DNA of 64,000 bases from Thermoanaerobaculia bacterium (GCA_036274895.1 DASUEU010000027.1:136883-200882), one strand, 5' to 3'. Positions 27,313 through 36,888 are shown, numbered from the stretch's first letter. Numbers and translations: made by a program. Notes: generated from the sequence alone by a model not told the origin.

Positions 27313-29409
27313 ATGGCCCTTTCACGGTTTCCGGAGCTGCGCGCCGGCCTCGCCGGGCTGGCCATCCTGGTGTCTCTGCTCGCCACCGCAAGCGAGGCCC
27401 AAGGCCGGCCCAATCTGGTGCTCCTCACCCTCGACACCACCCGAGCCGACCACCTCGGTGCCTGGGGTTGGCCGCACGCCCAAACCCCCCACCTCGACGC
27501 CCTGGCGGCTCGCGGCGTCCGCTTCGTGCGCTGTGACACGGCTGCGCCGATCACCCTGCCCAGCCACGCCACCCTGCTCACCGGCTTCTTCCCCCCACGC
27601 CACGGCGTGCGGGACAACGGCACCTTCGTGCTCGAAGAGAAAGTCGAGACCGTGGCCGAGAGGCTGGCGGCGAGCGGTTACGACACCGCGGCCGTGGTGT
27701 CGGCCATGGTGCTCGCCCGGCGGCACGGCCTGGGCCAGGGCTTTCGCTCCTACGACGATGACCTCGGTCCGGCCGACGCGGCCGGCTTGGTGGTGGCCGA
27801 GCGCACGGCCGAGGCCACGACCACGGCCGCCCTTGGCGCCCTGACCCGGCTCCGGGAGCCCTTCCTCCTCTGGGTGCACTACTTCGATCCGCACGAGGAG
27901 TACAGCCCACCCGCGGCTTTCGCCGCTCGGGCGACCGGCCCGCACCGCCTCTACGACGGCGAGATCTCCTTCATGGACAGCGAGATCGGCCGGTTCCTCG
28001 CGCGCTTGCCTGCCGACACCGTGGTGGTGGTGGTGGGCGACCACGGCGAGATGCTGGGCGATCACGGCGAGCTGACCCACGGTCTGACCCTGGGGCCGGG
28101 CGCCCGCCGGGTGCCCCTGCTGCTGGCCGGCCCCGGGCTGCCGGCCGGGACGCGCCGCGACTGCCTGGTGCGCACGGCGGACGTGGCTCCCACCCTCCTC
28201 GCCCTGGCGGGAGCGACCATCCCCGCTGGCCTGGAGGGGCGCAGCCTGCTCTCCCTCGCCCGGGACGGCGGGCCCTGTGAGCGCACCAGCTACGCCGAGA
28301 GCTTCCTGCCTTTCTTCGCCTACAAGTGGTACCCGCTGCGCGCCATCTCGGACGGATCCAGCCTCTACCTGGCGGCTCCGCGCTCGAGCCTCTTCGACCT
28401 CGACCGGGATCCGGCCGAGCTCGCGGACCTGGCGTCTTCCTCGCCGAAGCGGATGGAAGCCTGGGGCCGCCGCTTCGACGAGCTGCTGGCCGCCATGGGG
28501 GAGCGGCGCGAAGTCACGATCGAGGCGGACAACCAGCTCTCCGAGGAGCAACGCCGGCAGCTCCAGGCTCTGGGTTACGTCGGCGCGAGCGGGGGTGGCA
28601 CCGTGGAGGCGACCTTGCCCGATCCGCGCGGCATGACGACCATCGCGCGGCAGCTGCACGATGCCGCCGGAGCCGTCCAGCTCGGTCGCTGCAAAGAGGT
28701 CTTGCCGACCCTCCAGTCGATCGTCAAGCAAGACCCCCACAACTTTCCCGCTCTGACCCTGGCCGGCCAGTGTCTGGAGGAGGCGGGCAAGCTCGAGGCT
28801 GCGCTCGGCCTCTTCGCGCAGGCCAGCCGCGAGAACGGCCTGTCCGCCGTGCCGATCGCCAACGCGGCCGGCGTCCTCCTGGCCCTGGGGCGTGAGGCCG
28901 AGGCCGAACGCGAGTACCGGCGCGCCCTCACCCTCGACCCGACGCAGGCCGAGTCCGCCTCGAACCTGGCCCGGCTGCTGCGACAGCGTGGCGCGATGGC
29001 GGAGGCGCTGGCCGTGCTCGAATCGGCCCTGCGTGCCGGCGGCCATGGCCCGGCGGTCTACCTCGAGCGCGGTCTGGCCCGCGCTGAGCTCGGCCGGCTG
29101 GCGGAGGCCCTCGCCGACTTCCGCGAGGCCGCCCGGCGCAGCCCCAGCGACCCGGTGCCGCTCGAGAACGCCGCCCGGGCGGCCTACCAGCTGGGGAGGA
29201 AACGGGAGAGCGCCCAGCTCTACGAGGAGCTGCTGCGCCTCGCCGAGGAGAGGGTGGACCTGTGGAAGACCCTGGGCGCCCTCTATCTCTACGAGCTGGG
29301 CGAGCCCGAGCGGGCTGCCAGCGCCTTCCGGCGTGCCTTCGCCAAAGAGTCCGACCCGGCCGAGCGGGCCAAGCTGCAGGCGTTGCTGGCAGAGCTCGAG
29401 CAGCGGTAG
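27313..29409 (+). CDS. Sulfatase/alkaline-phosphatase-superfamily hydrolase with a C-terminal TPR domain
   Basis: LDTTRADHLG and HYFDPHEEY motifs. I did not see a canonical CxPxR FGly motif. The C-terminal ~280 aa form TPR repeats. Confidence 0.7.
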   Translation: MALSRFPELRAGLAGLAILVSLLATASEAQGRPNLVLLTLDTTRADHLGAWGWPHAQTPHLDALAARGVRFVRCDTAAPITLPSHATLLTGFFPPRHGVRDNGTFVLEEKVETVAERLAASGYDTAAVVSAMVLARRHGLGQGFRSYDDDLGPADAAGLVVAERTAEATTTAALGALTRLREPFLLWVHYFDPHEEYSPPAAFAARATGPHRLYDGEISFMDSEIGRFLARLPADTVVVVVGDHGEMLGDHGELTHGLTLGPGARRVPLLLAGPGLPAGTRRDCLVRTADVAPTLLALAGATIPAGLEGRSLLSLARDGGPCERTSYAESFLPFFAYKWYPLRAISDGSSLYLAAPRSSLFDLDRDPAELADLASSSPKRMEAWGRRFDELLAAMGERREVTIEADNQLSEEQRRQLQALGYVGASGGGTVEATLPDPRGMTTIARQLHDAAGAVQLGRCKEVLPTLQSIVKQDPHNFPALTLAGQCLEEAGKLEAALGLFAQASRENGLSAVPIANAAGVLLALGREAEAEREYRRALTLDPTQAESASNLARLLRQRGAMAEALAVLESALRAGGHGPAVYLERGLARAELGRLAEALADFREAARRSPSDPVPLENAARAAYQLGRKRESAQLYEELLRLAEERVDLWKTLGALYLYELGEPERAASAFRRAFAKESDPAERAKLQALLAELEQR

Positions 29410-29418
29410 CGGGGACCC

Positions 29419-30444
29419 TCAGCGCCTCCGCCCTTTGCCCGGCGCCAGTCGCCAGACCGAGCGGCCCTCGGGCTGCTCGAGCACCCACCAGGAGCCGTCG
29501 GGGGCGGTGGCGGAGGCCGCCGCCGGCAGCCGCCCCGGCAGGGCCACCCCCCGCGTGAGGTCGATCCAGCCGTCCCCGACCGCCACCAGATCCGTGTCGG
29601 GCAGCGGCAGGGCGCGCCGGCCGTCCGCAAACCGGCCGGCCGCCGAGGGCGTGAGGTCCCGGCGCGACAGCAGCTGCCATTCCCCGAGCGCGGACAGGGC
29701 CAGCAGCCACGAGCCGTGCGCTACCAGGGCCTCGATCCGGCTGCCGTCGAAGAGGGGGAGGCGGGCCTTCACGGCTCCCTCCGGTCCCAGCAGCTCGACG
29801 GTCGGTGGCGGCGCCACCGCCGGCTCGATGGCGAGCGAATAGGCCGGCCCACGGCCGCGCGCCACCAGCTTGCCGTTCGCCTCGTAGGCGAGCGCGGTGA
29901 GCGGCCCGGCCTCCCAGGCTCCGGCCTGGCTCTGGCAGTCCGGCAGTACCAAGACCACTCTGCCGCTCGGGCCGCTGCCGCCGAGCGTGGCCTCGGCGAG
30001 TCCGGCGATGCCTTGCGCCGGGCCGGGCACCAGCCGCGAGACCCCGCTCTGCCGTGCGCGGCAGACTTCGCGCCCCTCCTCGATCCTCACCAAGTCGCCC
30101 CCGAGGGCCAGCCACAACGTGCCGTCCCGACCGAAGGCGAGGTCGGAGAGCCAGCCGTCCGCGGTGTAGAGAAAGCCGTTCCCTCCTTCGGGCAGCTCCA
30201 CGCGCACCCGGATGCCGTCGCTCCAAGCCAGGAGGCGGCGCTGTGGGTGGAAGGCGGCCGGGCCCTCACCCGGCAGGTCGCGGACCTTCTCGAGGGAGAG
30301 GCGGCCTTGCTTGGCACCGAAAGCCAGACCGGGCGCCCAGCCCTCGGCAATCCCGGCCGGGGTGCCGGCGGCGTGTACGACCGAGCCTGAAAGGATGAGC
30401 CCGAGCGAAAGCCCGAGAAGGAACGAGGGCCGGGTGGATCTCAT
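29419..30444 (-). CDS. Secreted hypothetical protein
   Basis: Signal peptide; no recognisable domain. Confidence 0.5.
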   Translation of the reverse strand: MRSTRPSFLLGLSLGLILSGSVVHAAGTPAGIAEGWAPGLAFGAKQGRLSLEKVRDLPGEGPAAFHPQRRLLAWSDGIRVRVELPEGGNGFLYTADGWLSDLAFGRDGTLWLALGGDLVRIEEGREVCRARQSGVSRLVPGPAQGIAGLAEATLGGSGPSGRVVLVLPDCQSQAGAWEAGPLTALAYEANGKLVARGRGPAYSLAIEPAVAPPPTVELLGPEGAVKARLPLFDGSRIEALVAHGSWLLALSALGEWQLLSRRDLTPSAAGRFADGRRALPLPDTDLVAVGDGWIDLTRGVALPGRLPAAASATAPDGSWWVLEQPEGRSVWRLAPGKGRRR

Positions 30445-30525
30445 CGTTCGATGGTACCAGGGGACCCTTGACAGGACAGAACGACGTTTGTAGAGTTAAC
30501 AGCGTTAAGTTCAGGAGGTGCGTTC

Positions 30526-31158
30526 TTGGGCAGCAAGGAGCGACGTGAGCGAGAGCGGGAGGAGCTTCGGGGCAAGATCCTCGAAGCCGCCCGCGAACTC
30601 TTCGCCACCGAGGGCTACGAGGCCGTAACGATGCGCAAGATCGCCCAGCGCATCGAGTACTCGCCGACGGCGATCTACCTCCACTTCAAGGACAAGCTGG
30701 CCGTGATGCGGGCCCTCTGCGACACGGATTTCCTGGCCCTGGCGCGCCAGTTCCACAAGATCGCGGCCATCGCCGACCCGATCGAGCGGATCCGTGCCGC
30801 CGGCAGGGCCTACGCCGCCTTCGCCTTCGCCCACCCCAATCACTACCGCCTGATGTTCATGACCAGCCATCCGCACGAGACCGTCGAGGAGTCTGCGATC
30901 GAGCAAGGCAACCCCGACCAGGATGCCTACGCCTTCCTGCGTCTGGCCGTCGAGCAGGCGATCGCCTCCGGCCGCTTCCGTCCATCGGTGACGGACCCCG
31001 ACCTGATCGCCCAGCTGTTCTGGAGCGGTCTGCATGGGCTCATCGCCCTCCAGTGCACGCACTGCGACGACCCATGGGTCACCTGGAAGCCGCGCGAGGA
31101 ACTGGTGGAACGGATGATGGACGCACTGCTCACCGGCCTCGCCGCCGTGAAAGGCTGA
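30526..31158 (+). CDS. TetR/AcrR family transcriptional regulator
   Basis: HTH with TMRKIAQRIEYSPTAIYLHFKDK; TTG start as listed in the ORF track. Confidence 0.85.
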   Translation: MGSKERREREREELRGKILEAARELFATEGYEAVTMRKIAQRIEYSPTAIYLHFKDKLAVMRALCDTDFLALARQFHKIAAIADPIERIRAAGRAYAAFAFAHPNHYRLMFMTSHPHETVEESAIEQGNPDQDAYAFLRLAVEQAIASGRFRPSVTDPDLIAQLFWSGLHGLIALQCTHCDDPWVTWKPREELVERMMDALLTGLAAVKG

Positions 31159-31161
31159 TTC

Positions 31162-32289
31162 GTGGTCAACCTCGCGCTCAAGAACCTCCTCCACGACAAG
31201 TTGCGTGCCCTGATCACGATCTCGGGCGTCGCCTTCGCCGTCACCCTGGTCTTCGTCCAGGTCGGGCTGTTCCTCGGTCTGCTTTTCAATGCCTCGGTAA
31301 CCATCGATCGCATTCCCGCGGACCTCTGGGTGACCTCGAAGAACACCGCCAACATCGACTTCGCACAGACCTTCCCCGAGATCGCCATCCAGCGCGTGCG
31401 CTCGGTGCCCGGCGTGGCCCGCGCGGACAACCTGATCGTCTGGTTCATGAACGTTCGGTTGCCGTCGGGTGCGCAGGAAGGCGCCCTGGTCTACGCCCTG
31501 CACGACTTCTCCGCCTGGGGTATCCCCTGGCGGGTCGAGGAGGGCGACCTCACCGACCTCAAGCGGGGCCGCTACTTCTTCCTCGATCAGTCGGCCACGC
31601 GGCGCTGGGGTGAGTTTGAGGTCGGGCAGTATCGCGAGGTCCTGGGCAGCCGGCTCAAGCTGATCGGTCGCACCCAGGAAGCCGAGTCGTTCACCACCAC
31701 GCCGATCGTGTTCATGGACTACGACCTGGCCCAGGAGATCTCTCCCTTCGATCTCGCGGGCAAGACCACCTACGTGCTGGTGCGCCTGGCACCAGGTGCG
31801 GACGTGGCGGCGGTGCGTGCCGAGATCCAGAAGCGCCTGCCCTACAACGACGTCTTCACCCGTGAAGAGTGGCGGGAACGCTCGCGCTCCTACTGGGTGG
31901 ACTCCACCGGTCTTGGTCTCAACATGATCATGACCGTCTTCCTGGGTTGCCTGGTGGGCGTGGTGGTGGTGGCACAGACCCTCTACACCTCGACCATGGA
32001 GCACTTGAAGGAGTTCGGCACGGTCAAGGCGATCGGCGGCGGCAACCGCCAGATCTACTCGATCCTCGGCCAGCAGGCGACGGTGGCCTCGGTGCTCGGC
32101 TTCCTCTCCGGCGCCGCGATGGCTTTCGCCCTCAAGCCGGCGATGGCGAAGATCAGTCTGAAACTGCTGATCTCGAACCAGCTCGTCCTCCAAGTCTTCG
32201 CCGGCACTCTCCTGCTCTGCCTGGCCGCGGCCCTGATCTCGTTCCGCAAGGTGGCGAGGATCGATCCCGCCCTCGTGTTCCGTACCTGA
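31162..32289 (+). CDS. ABC transporter permease (FtsX/MacB-like)
   Basis: N-terminal TM, large periplasmic loop, and a C-terminal FtsX-type 3-TM bundle. Confidence 0.8.
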   Translation: MVNLALKNLLHDKLRALITISGVAFAVTLVFVQVGLFLGLLFNASVTIDRIPADLWVTSKNTANIDFAQTFPEIAIQRVRSVPGVARADNLIVWFMNVRLPSGAQEGALVYALHDFSAWGIPWRVEEGDLTDLKRGRYFFLDQSATRRWGEFEVGQYREVLGSRLKLIGRTQEAESFTTTPIVFMDYDLAQEISPFDLAGKTTYVLVRLAPGADVAAVRAEIQKRLPYNDVFTREEWRERSRSYWVDSTGLGLNMIMTVFLGCLVGVVVVAQTLYTSTMEHLKEFGTVKAIGGGNRQIYSILGQQATVASVLGFLSGAAMAFALKPAMAKISLKLLISNQLVLQVFAGTLLLCLAAALISFRKVARIDPALVFRT

Positions 32290-32301
32290 CCGGAGACAGC
32301 C

Positions 32302-32973
32302 ATGCCTGTGCTCGAAGCGACCAACGTCAAGAAGACCTTTACCGAAGGGCGCGAGACCGTGGAGGTTCTGCGCGGCGTCTCCCTCACCCTCGAGCCGGGC
32401 GAGGTGGTTGCCCTTTCCGGACCCTCGGGCTCGGGCAAGACCACCCTTCTCTCCATCCTCGGCTGCATCCTGACCCCCAGCGACGGCCGCGTGGTGATCG
32501 AAGGGACCGAGGTGGATGCCGCCCGGCCGGGGGATCTACCGGAGATCCGCCGGCGCTCGATCGGCTTCGTCTTTCAACAGTTCAATCTGTTTCCCGCCCT
32601 GACCGCTCGGGAGAACGTCGAGTACGCCTTGAACATCAAGGGCGTCGCCGGGCGCGCTGCCCGCCGGCAAGCCGAGCGGGTGCTCGACGAAGTGGGCCTC
32701 GCCGATCGCCGCCACTTCCTGCCCCGGGATCTCTCCGGCGGGCAGAAGCAGCGGGTGGCGATCGCCCGTGCCCTGGCCGGCGACCCGGCCATCCTGCTCG
32801 CCGACGAGCCCACCGCCAACCTCGACTCCGAGGTGGGCGGCAAGATCCTGACCCTGTTTCGGGATCTCGCCAAGCGCGAGAACCGAGCCCTCCTGATCGT
32901 CACCCACGACCCCAAGGTGCTGGGCGTCGCCGACCGCGCGGTTGCCATCCGCGACGGCCTGATCGCTGCCTGA
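32302..32973 (+). CDS. ABC transporter ATP-binding protein (MacB/LolD-type)
   Basis: GPSGSGKTT Walker A, LSGGQKQRVAIARAL signature, LLADEPT Walker B. Confidence 0.9.
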   Translation: MPVLEATNVKKTFTEGRETVEVLRGVSLTLEPGEVVALSGPSGSGKTTLLSILGCILTPSDGRVVIEGTEVDAARPGDLPEIRRRSIGFVFQQFNLFPALTARENVEYALNIKGVAGRAARRQAERVLDEVGLADRRHFLPRDLSGGQKQRVAIARALAGDPAILLADEPTANLDSEVGGKILTLFRDLAKRENRALLIVTHDPKVLGVADRAVAIRDGLIAA

Positions 32974-32993
32974 GCCTCGAGAGGAAGATCCCC

Positions 32994-33899
32994 GTGAGAA
33001 CGCCATCCTCCCCGTCCCTCGCCAAGAAGCTCCTCCTCCCCCTTCTGGGCGCCGCCCTGGTCGCCATGCTGGTGGCCCAACTGCGGGGCTTCGAGACAGC
33101 CCGGGCCAGCGTTCCAGCCGCTCCGGCCCAGCCGGGCGGCGAAGCCGGCGACTCCCGCATCACCGCCGAGGGTCGGCTGGTGGCCTACCCGGGCGCCGAG
33201 GTGACCATCGGCAGCGACCTCGCCGGCACCGTGGTGCGACTGCTGGTCGAGGAGAAGATGGAAGTGAAGCAGGGCCAGTTGCTCGCCGAACTGCGCTCGG
33301 ACGACGTGGCGGCCGAGCTGGCCGAGGCCCGCGCTCGTGTCGCCGAGACCGAAGCGGACCTGCGCCTTTACGAGACCGAGGTTGCTCGCGCCGAGCGCCT
33401 GGCCGCCGACGGGGTGATCGCCCAGCAGCGGGCGGACGTCGCCCGCCGGGACCGCGACGCCGCCCTCGCACGGCGCGAGACCGCCGTCGCCGCCGTGGCC
33501 CGGCTCACGGCTGTCCTGGCCAAGAGCCGCATCCTGGCGCCGATCTCCGGGTTGGTGACCAGCCGCCTGGTCGATGCTGGCGAGACCGTCGAGGCCGGCG
33601 AGGAGCTGCTGACCATCGCCGACCTCCGCCGCACCCGCGTGGAGGCCGAGGTGGACGAGTACGACGCCGGCCGGATGGCCCTCGGGCTCTCCGTCGAGGT
33701 CTCGGCCGAGGGCTTTCCCGGTCAGACCTGGCGCGGCGTGATCGAGGAAATCCCGGATGGCGTCACCAGCCGGCGCATCAAGCCCCAGGACCCCGGCCGC
33801 CCGCAGGACACCCGGGTGCTGCTGGTCAAGGTCGCGCTGGCCGAGCCCACCCCCTTGAGGCTCGGCCAGCGGGTGGAGGTGGAGATCGGCGGGGAGTGA
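32994..33899 (+). CDS. Efflux transporter periplasmic adaptor subunit (HlyD/MFP family)
   Basis: GTG start with a GAGGAAG RBS; N-terminal TM, coiled-coil region, ILAPISGLV lipoyl-like motif. Confidence 0.75.
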   Translation: MRTPSSPSLAKKLLLPLLGAALVAMLVAQLRGFETARASVPAAPAQPGGEAGDSRITAEGRLVAYPGAEVTIGSDLAGTVVRLLVEEKMEVKQGQLLAELRSDDVAAELAEARARVAETEADLRLYETEVARAERLAADGVIAQQRADVARRDRDAALARRETAVAAVARLTAVLAKSRILAPISGLVTSRLVDAGETVEAGEELLTIADLRRTRVEAEVDEYDAGRMALGLSVEVSAEGFPGQTWRGVIEEIPDGVTSRRIKPQDPGRPQDTRVLLVKVALAEPTPLRLGQRVEVEIGGE

Positions 33900-33906
33900 A
33901 GCACGG

Positions 33907-35187
33907 TCACGGGTAGTAGAGATAGCAGACGCTGGCCCAGTCGCTGCAGCAGTTGCCGTCGAACTCGCAGCCCCAGTTGCAGCTGCAAGCCGCTTCCGGG
34001 GGATCTTGGCCGCAGCGGCCGTAGCAGCTGGCGTCCCAATCGTCGGGGTAGGTCTGGCAGTCGGTGACCACCCGCAGCGTGGCCCCGAAGGTGCCGCAGT
34101 AGGGAGGGACACCGCTCTGCGAGCCGCCGTTGCAGTTCTGGGCCGAGGCCGAGACCAGGGACTCGAGGTGTCCGTCCGCCACCGGGGCAGAGAACCACAG
34201 GGTGCCCATGGGATCGTCGCAGCACCAGGGGTCGTTCTCCTCGATGTACTCGCTGACCGCGATCCCCTGTCCATCACAGGCGCCGTCCTGGATCATTTCG
34301 TAGAAGGAACCCTGCCAGACCTCGACCGGATCGGTCAGATCGCCGCCGTACCAGGAGCCGTAAGGGTTCGACCACTGGGAGTCCCAGGTGTCGCAGTTGC
34401 AGACGTTGCCCCACTCGCCGCCATTTGGCTTGGAGGGCTTGGGCCCCTTGAAGCAGGTGCGATGGTCGTCCGGGCAATCCCGACCGCGGGGGCTCGAGCC
34501 GAAGTAGACCCCGATGTCGCCCGTCATGGCCCCCTGGCCTGGGGAGTGGAAGGAGTCCAGGTTGGTACTGCACACGCCGTGGCCCGCGTGGCCATTGCAT
34601 TCGAGGGCCCAGTAGCGGTTCATGAAGCGGTCGCGGCTGTAGACCAGGGCGCTGCACCGGCAGTAGTCGGGGTACCAGGAGCGCAGGCCGAGCTGCGGGG
34701 CTGGGACCGGAGGGGCCTCGGTCCGCCGTCGGCCGGACTTGAACTCGCTCGCCGTCCAGCCGGTTTCGCCCCGGAACTCCTCCTCCAGCTTCGCCAGGGA
34801 GAGCTCGAGCTGCCCGCAAAGCTCATCCAGCCCCAGCGCGAGTAGGCAACGGTCCCTTTCGACCTCGAGCACCGCCCGCTGGTAGAGCAGGTCGACCAGC
34901 CGGCCGAGGGAGGCCGAGACGCCGAGCTCCCGGGCCCGCTCGCGAACCTGCGCCTCGACCCGGTGGCGTGAGGCCGTCGCCAGCTGATGCTCGCGGCGCT
35001 CGAGGGAGGAGGCGAGGGCCAGCTTCGCCTGCGGATCGGCATCCAGCTGTGCCTTGGTCTCGCCGAGGGAGACGAGCCCACCGAGAGTTTCCCCTGCAAG
35101 GCAGGGAAGGGTGGTCGCCACCACGAGCAGGGCGGCGAGAGTCAAGAGCAGTGACGAGATTGCGCCGAGGTTTTTCGTTCTCACCAT
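33907..35187 (-). CDS. Secreted Cys-rich protein with a C-terminal somatomedin-B-like cysteine signature
   Basis: AGGAGG RBS and signal peptide (MVRTKNLGAISSLLLTLAALLVVATTLPCLAGE); >25 Cys. The C-terminus CSCNWGCEFDGNCCSDWASVC fits C-x-C-x3-C-x5-CC-x-D-[aromatic]-x3-C. Confidence 0.65.
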   Translation of the reverse strand: MVRTKNLGAISSLLLTLAALLVVATTLPCLAGETLGGLVSLGETKAQLDADPQAKLALASSLERREHQLATASRHRVEAQVRERARELGVSASLGRLVDLLYQRAVLEVERDRCLLALGLDELCGQLELSLAKLEEEFRGETGWTASEFKSGRRRTEAPPVPAPQLGLRSWYPDYCRCSALVYSRDRFMNRYWALECNGHAGHGVCSTNLDSFHSPGQGAMTGDIGVYFGSSPRGRDCPDDHRTCFKGPKPSKPNGGEWGNVCNCDTWDSQWSNPYGSWYGGDLTDPVEVWQGSFYEMIQDGACDGQGIAVSEYIEENDPWCCDDPMGTLWFSAPVADGHLESLVSASAQNCNGGSQSGVPPYCGTFGATLRVVTDCQTYPDDWDASCYGRCGQDPPEAACSCNWGCEFDGNCCSDWASVCYLYYP

Positions 35188-35287
35188 GGCACCTCCTGTG
35201 CGGTTATGGCAATGAGCGGTATATTGCCCCAAGAAGCGACCCCGCCCCGCCGCGGCGGGGCAGAGTCGATGAGAGATCCCTCCTCCG

Positions 35288-35461
35288 TCAGAACGAGCTG
35301 TTACAGCTACCGCAGTGGTGCGAGCCGTCGTGCCCGGCGGACCGATCGCAGGAGCCCTTCCAGCTGTTGGGGCAATCACCGTGGGTGGCGCCGCACTCGC
35401 CCTGATCCTCCGGGTCCTGGCTGTCCGGGGGCTGCTTCTTGGAAGTGATCTTGGGGCTCAT
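35288..35461 (-). CDS. Unannotated small ORF (57 aa) encoding a Cys/His-rich peptide (MSPKITSKKQPPDSQDPEDQGECGATHGDCPNSWKGSCDRSAGHDGSHHCGSCNSSF)
   Basis: AGGAGG sits ~8 nt upstream of the ATG; GC3 ~85%, typical of local genes. It is below the 60-aa cutoff of the ORF track. Confidence 0.45.
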   Translation of the reverse strand: MSPKITSKKQPPDSQDPEDQGECGATHGDCPNSWKGSCDRSAGHDGSHHCGSCNSSF

Positions 35462-35644
35462 GGGGGTCCTCCTGCTCCTTGGTGTGGAGTCATCCTAGAC
35501 CTTGGTGGCCCGTGGATCCCACTACCTTGGGGCGGCGAGGTGCTGGCCGCTGGGGCGGGCGAAGGGGCCGATCCTGACCCCGCCGACCTTGCGATGCCTA
35601 CGAGCGTACGTTAGTCTGCTCGGCGAACGTACGACGGAGGCCTC

Positions 35645-35866
35645 ATGCGAATCACCGCTTCCAAGCTCCGAGAGAATATCTACAGTCTCCTGGATCAAGT
35701 CCTGACCACCGGCGTGCCCATCGAGATCGAGCGGCGGGGCCGGATCATCCGGCTCGTGCCGACGGAGCCCGCCAGCAAGCTCGATCGGCTGCCGCAGCGC
35801 GACTATCTCGAGGGCGACCCGGAAGATCTCGTTCACCTCGACTGGAGCTCCGAGTGGCGACCCTGA
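35645..35866 (+). CDS. Type II antitoxin, Phd/YefM family
   Basis: MRITASKLRENIYSLLDQV Phd-like N-terminus; overlaps the downstream PIN gene. Confidence 0.75.
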   Translation: MRITASKLRENIYSLLDQVLTTGVPIEIERRGRIIRLVPTEPASKLDRLPQRDYLEGDPEDLVHLDWSSEWRP

Positions 35867-36243
35867 CCTACCTCGACACCCACGTCGTGGCCTGGCTATT
35901 CGCAGGCGAGCTGGCGCTGCTCCCCAAGGCGGTCCGGCTCCGCTTGGAAGAGGGGGACCTGGTGATCTCTCCCATGGTCACCCTGGAGCTGCAGTTCCTC
36001 TTCGAGATCCGGCGTGTCACCAGGCCCGGCCTGGAGGTGGTGGCTGCCCTCGCTGCCGAGTTGGGGCTGCGCACCTGCGACCTGCCCTTTCCCCAGGTCG
36101 TTGCCCGCGCCGCCCACCAGAGCTGGACCCGAGATCCCTTCGACCGCCTGATCACTGCCCAGGCGGCTCTCCGCGAGGCTCCCTTGCTCACCAAGGACGG
36201 AGACATCCACACGCACTATCCGCACGCGGTCTGGAGCGGGTGA
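35854..36243 (+). CDS. PIN-domain toxin (VapC-like)
   Basis: LDTHVVAW...LPFPQ...DRLITAQA PIN acidic residues; 13-bp overlap with the antitoxin. Confidence 0.7.
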   Translation: MATLTYLDTHVVAWLFAGELALLPKAVRLRLEEGDLVISPMVTLELQFLFEIRRVTRPGLEVVAALAAELGLRTCDLPFPQVVARAAHQSWTRDPFDRLITAQAALREAPLLTKDGDIHTHYPHAVWSG

Positions 36244-36495
36244 GGTGTCCGACATCTCTTCGACACCCTCCGACAGCCCTCTTGCCCTCTCCCTGGCCCC
36301 TGCTCGATCGCCCGGTCTCTTCGTAAACAGCAGAAAATAAGTGGCTTAGCTCCGGCAGCCTCAGCCCGACCCCAGCTGGCACCGCCATTGCCTCGTCTCA
36401 CGGGCGCAAGCCACCGTGGCCACGGAGCTCGAACAGCAGAAAGCAACCCCTGCGCGGGAGCGCACAACTTCGAATCCGATCGTAGGAGACCCACC

Positions 36496-36888
36496 ATGTT
36501 GAAGAAGACCCTCGTCGCCGTCCTCGCCCTCGCCGCCATCGCCAGCGCCGCCCATGCCGGCAGCACCTTCCAGCAGAGCTGTTCGCAGATCGAGTTCGTC
36601 TACTCGAGCAACCAGCCGGTGCTGCAGGCCGTCTGCCTCAAGGCCGACGGCACCACCAACTCCACCTCCCTGGTGCTCCAGGGCATCAGCAACCAGAACG
36701 GCACGCTGGTGCAGGGCACGGGAGCCAGCAGCTTCCAGAAGAGCTGCGGCAACATCCAGATCCAGGTCACCAGCCCCACCTCCGTCAACCTGACCGCCTA
36801 CTGCCGCACCTCGAGTGGTTCCTCCAACGCCACCAGCCTGCCGCTCAACAACATCGGCAACAACAACGGCGTGCTCACGGGCGGCTAG
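36496..36888 (+). CDS. Cyanovirin-N homology (CVNH) domain lectin, secreted
   Basis: Signal peptide, then two ~50-aa tandem half-domains, each with 2 Cys: FQQSCSQIEF...LQAVCLKADGTTNSTSLVLQGISNQNGTLV and FQKSCGNIQI...LTAYCRTSSGSSNATSLPLNNIGNNNGVLT. These match the CVNH pattern F..SC...L.a.C....G....s.L.L...I.N.nG.L. Confidence 0.7.
   Translation: MLKKTLVAVLALAAIASAAHAGSTFQQSCSQIEFVYSSNQPVLQAVCLKADGTTNSTSLVLQGISNQNGTLVQGTGASSFQKSCGNIQIQVTSPTSVNLTAYCRTSSGSSNATSLPLNNIGNNNGVLTGG

Noticed and set aside
27322-29046. 574-aa minus-strand ORF antisense to the sulfatase-TPR gene, and similar antisense ORFs at 15324..16628, 17231..19408, 39640..41484, 55143..56150
   Set aside because: All lie opposite genes with clear family motifs and translate to Gly/Arg/Pro-rich low-complexity sequence.
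36460-36480. TTCGAATCC T-loop-like motif suggesting a tRNA
   Set aside because: There is no complementary T-stem, acceptor stem or anticodon arm around it. It lies in the CVNH 5' UTR just before the RBS.
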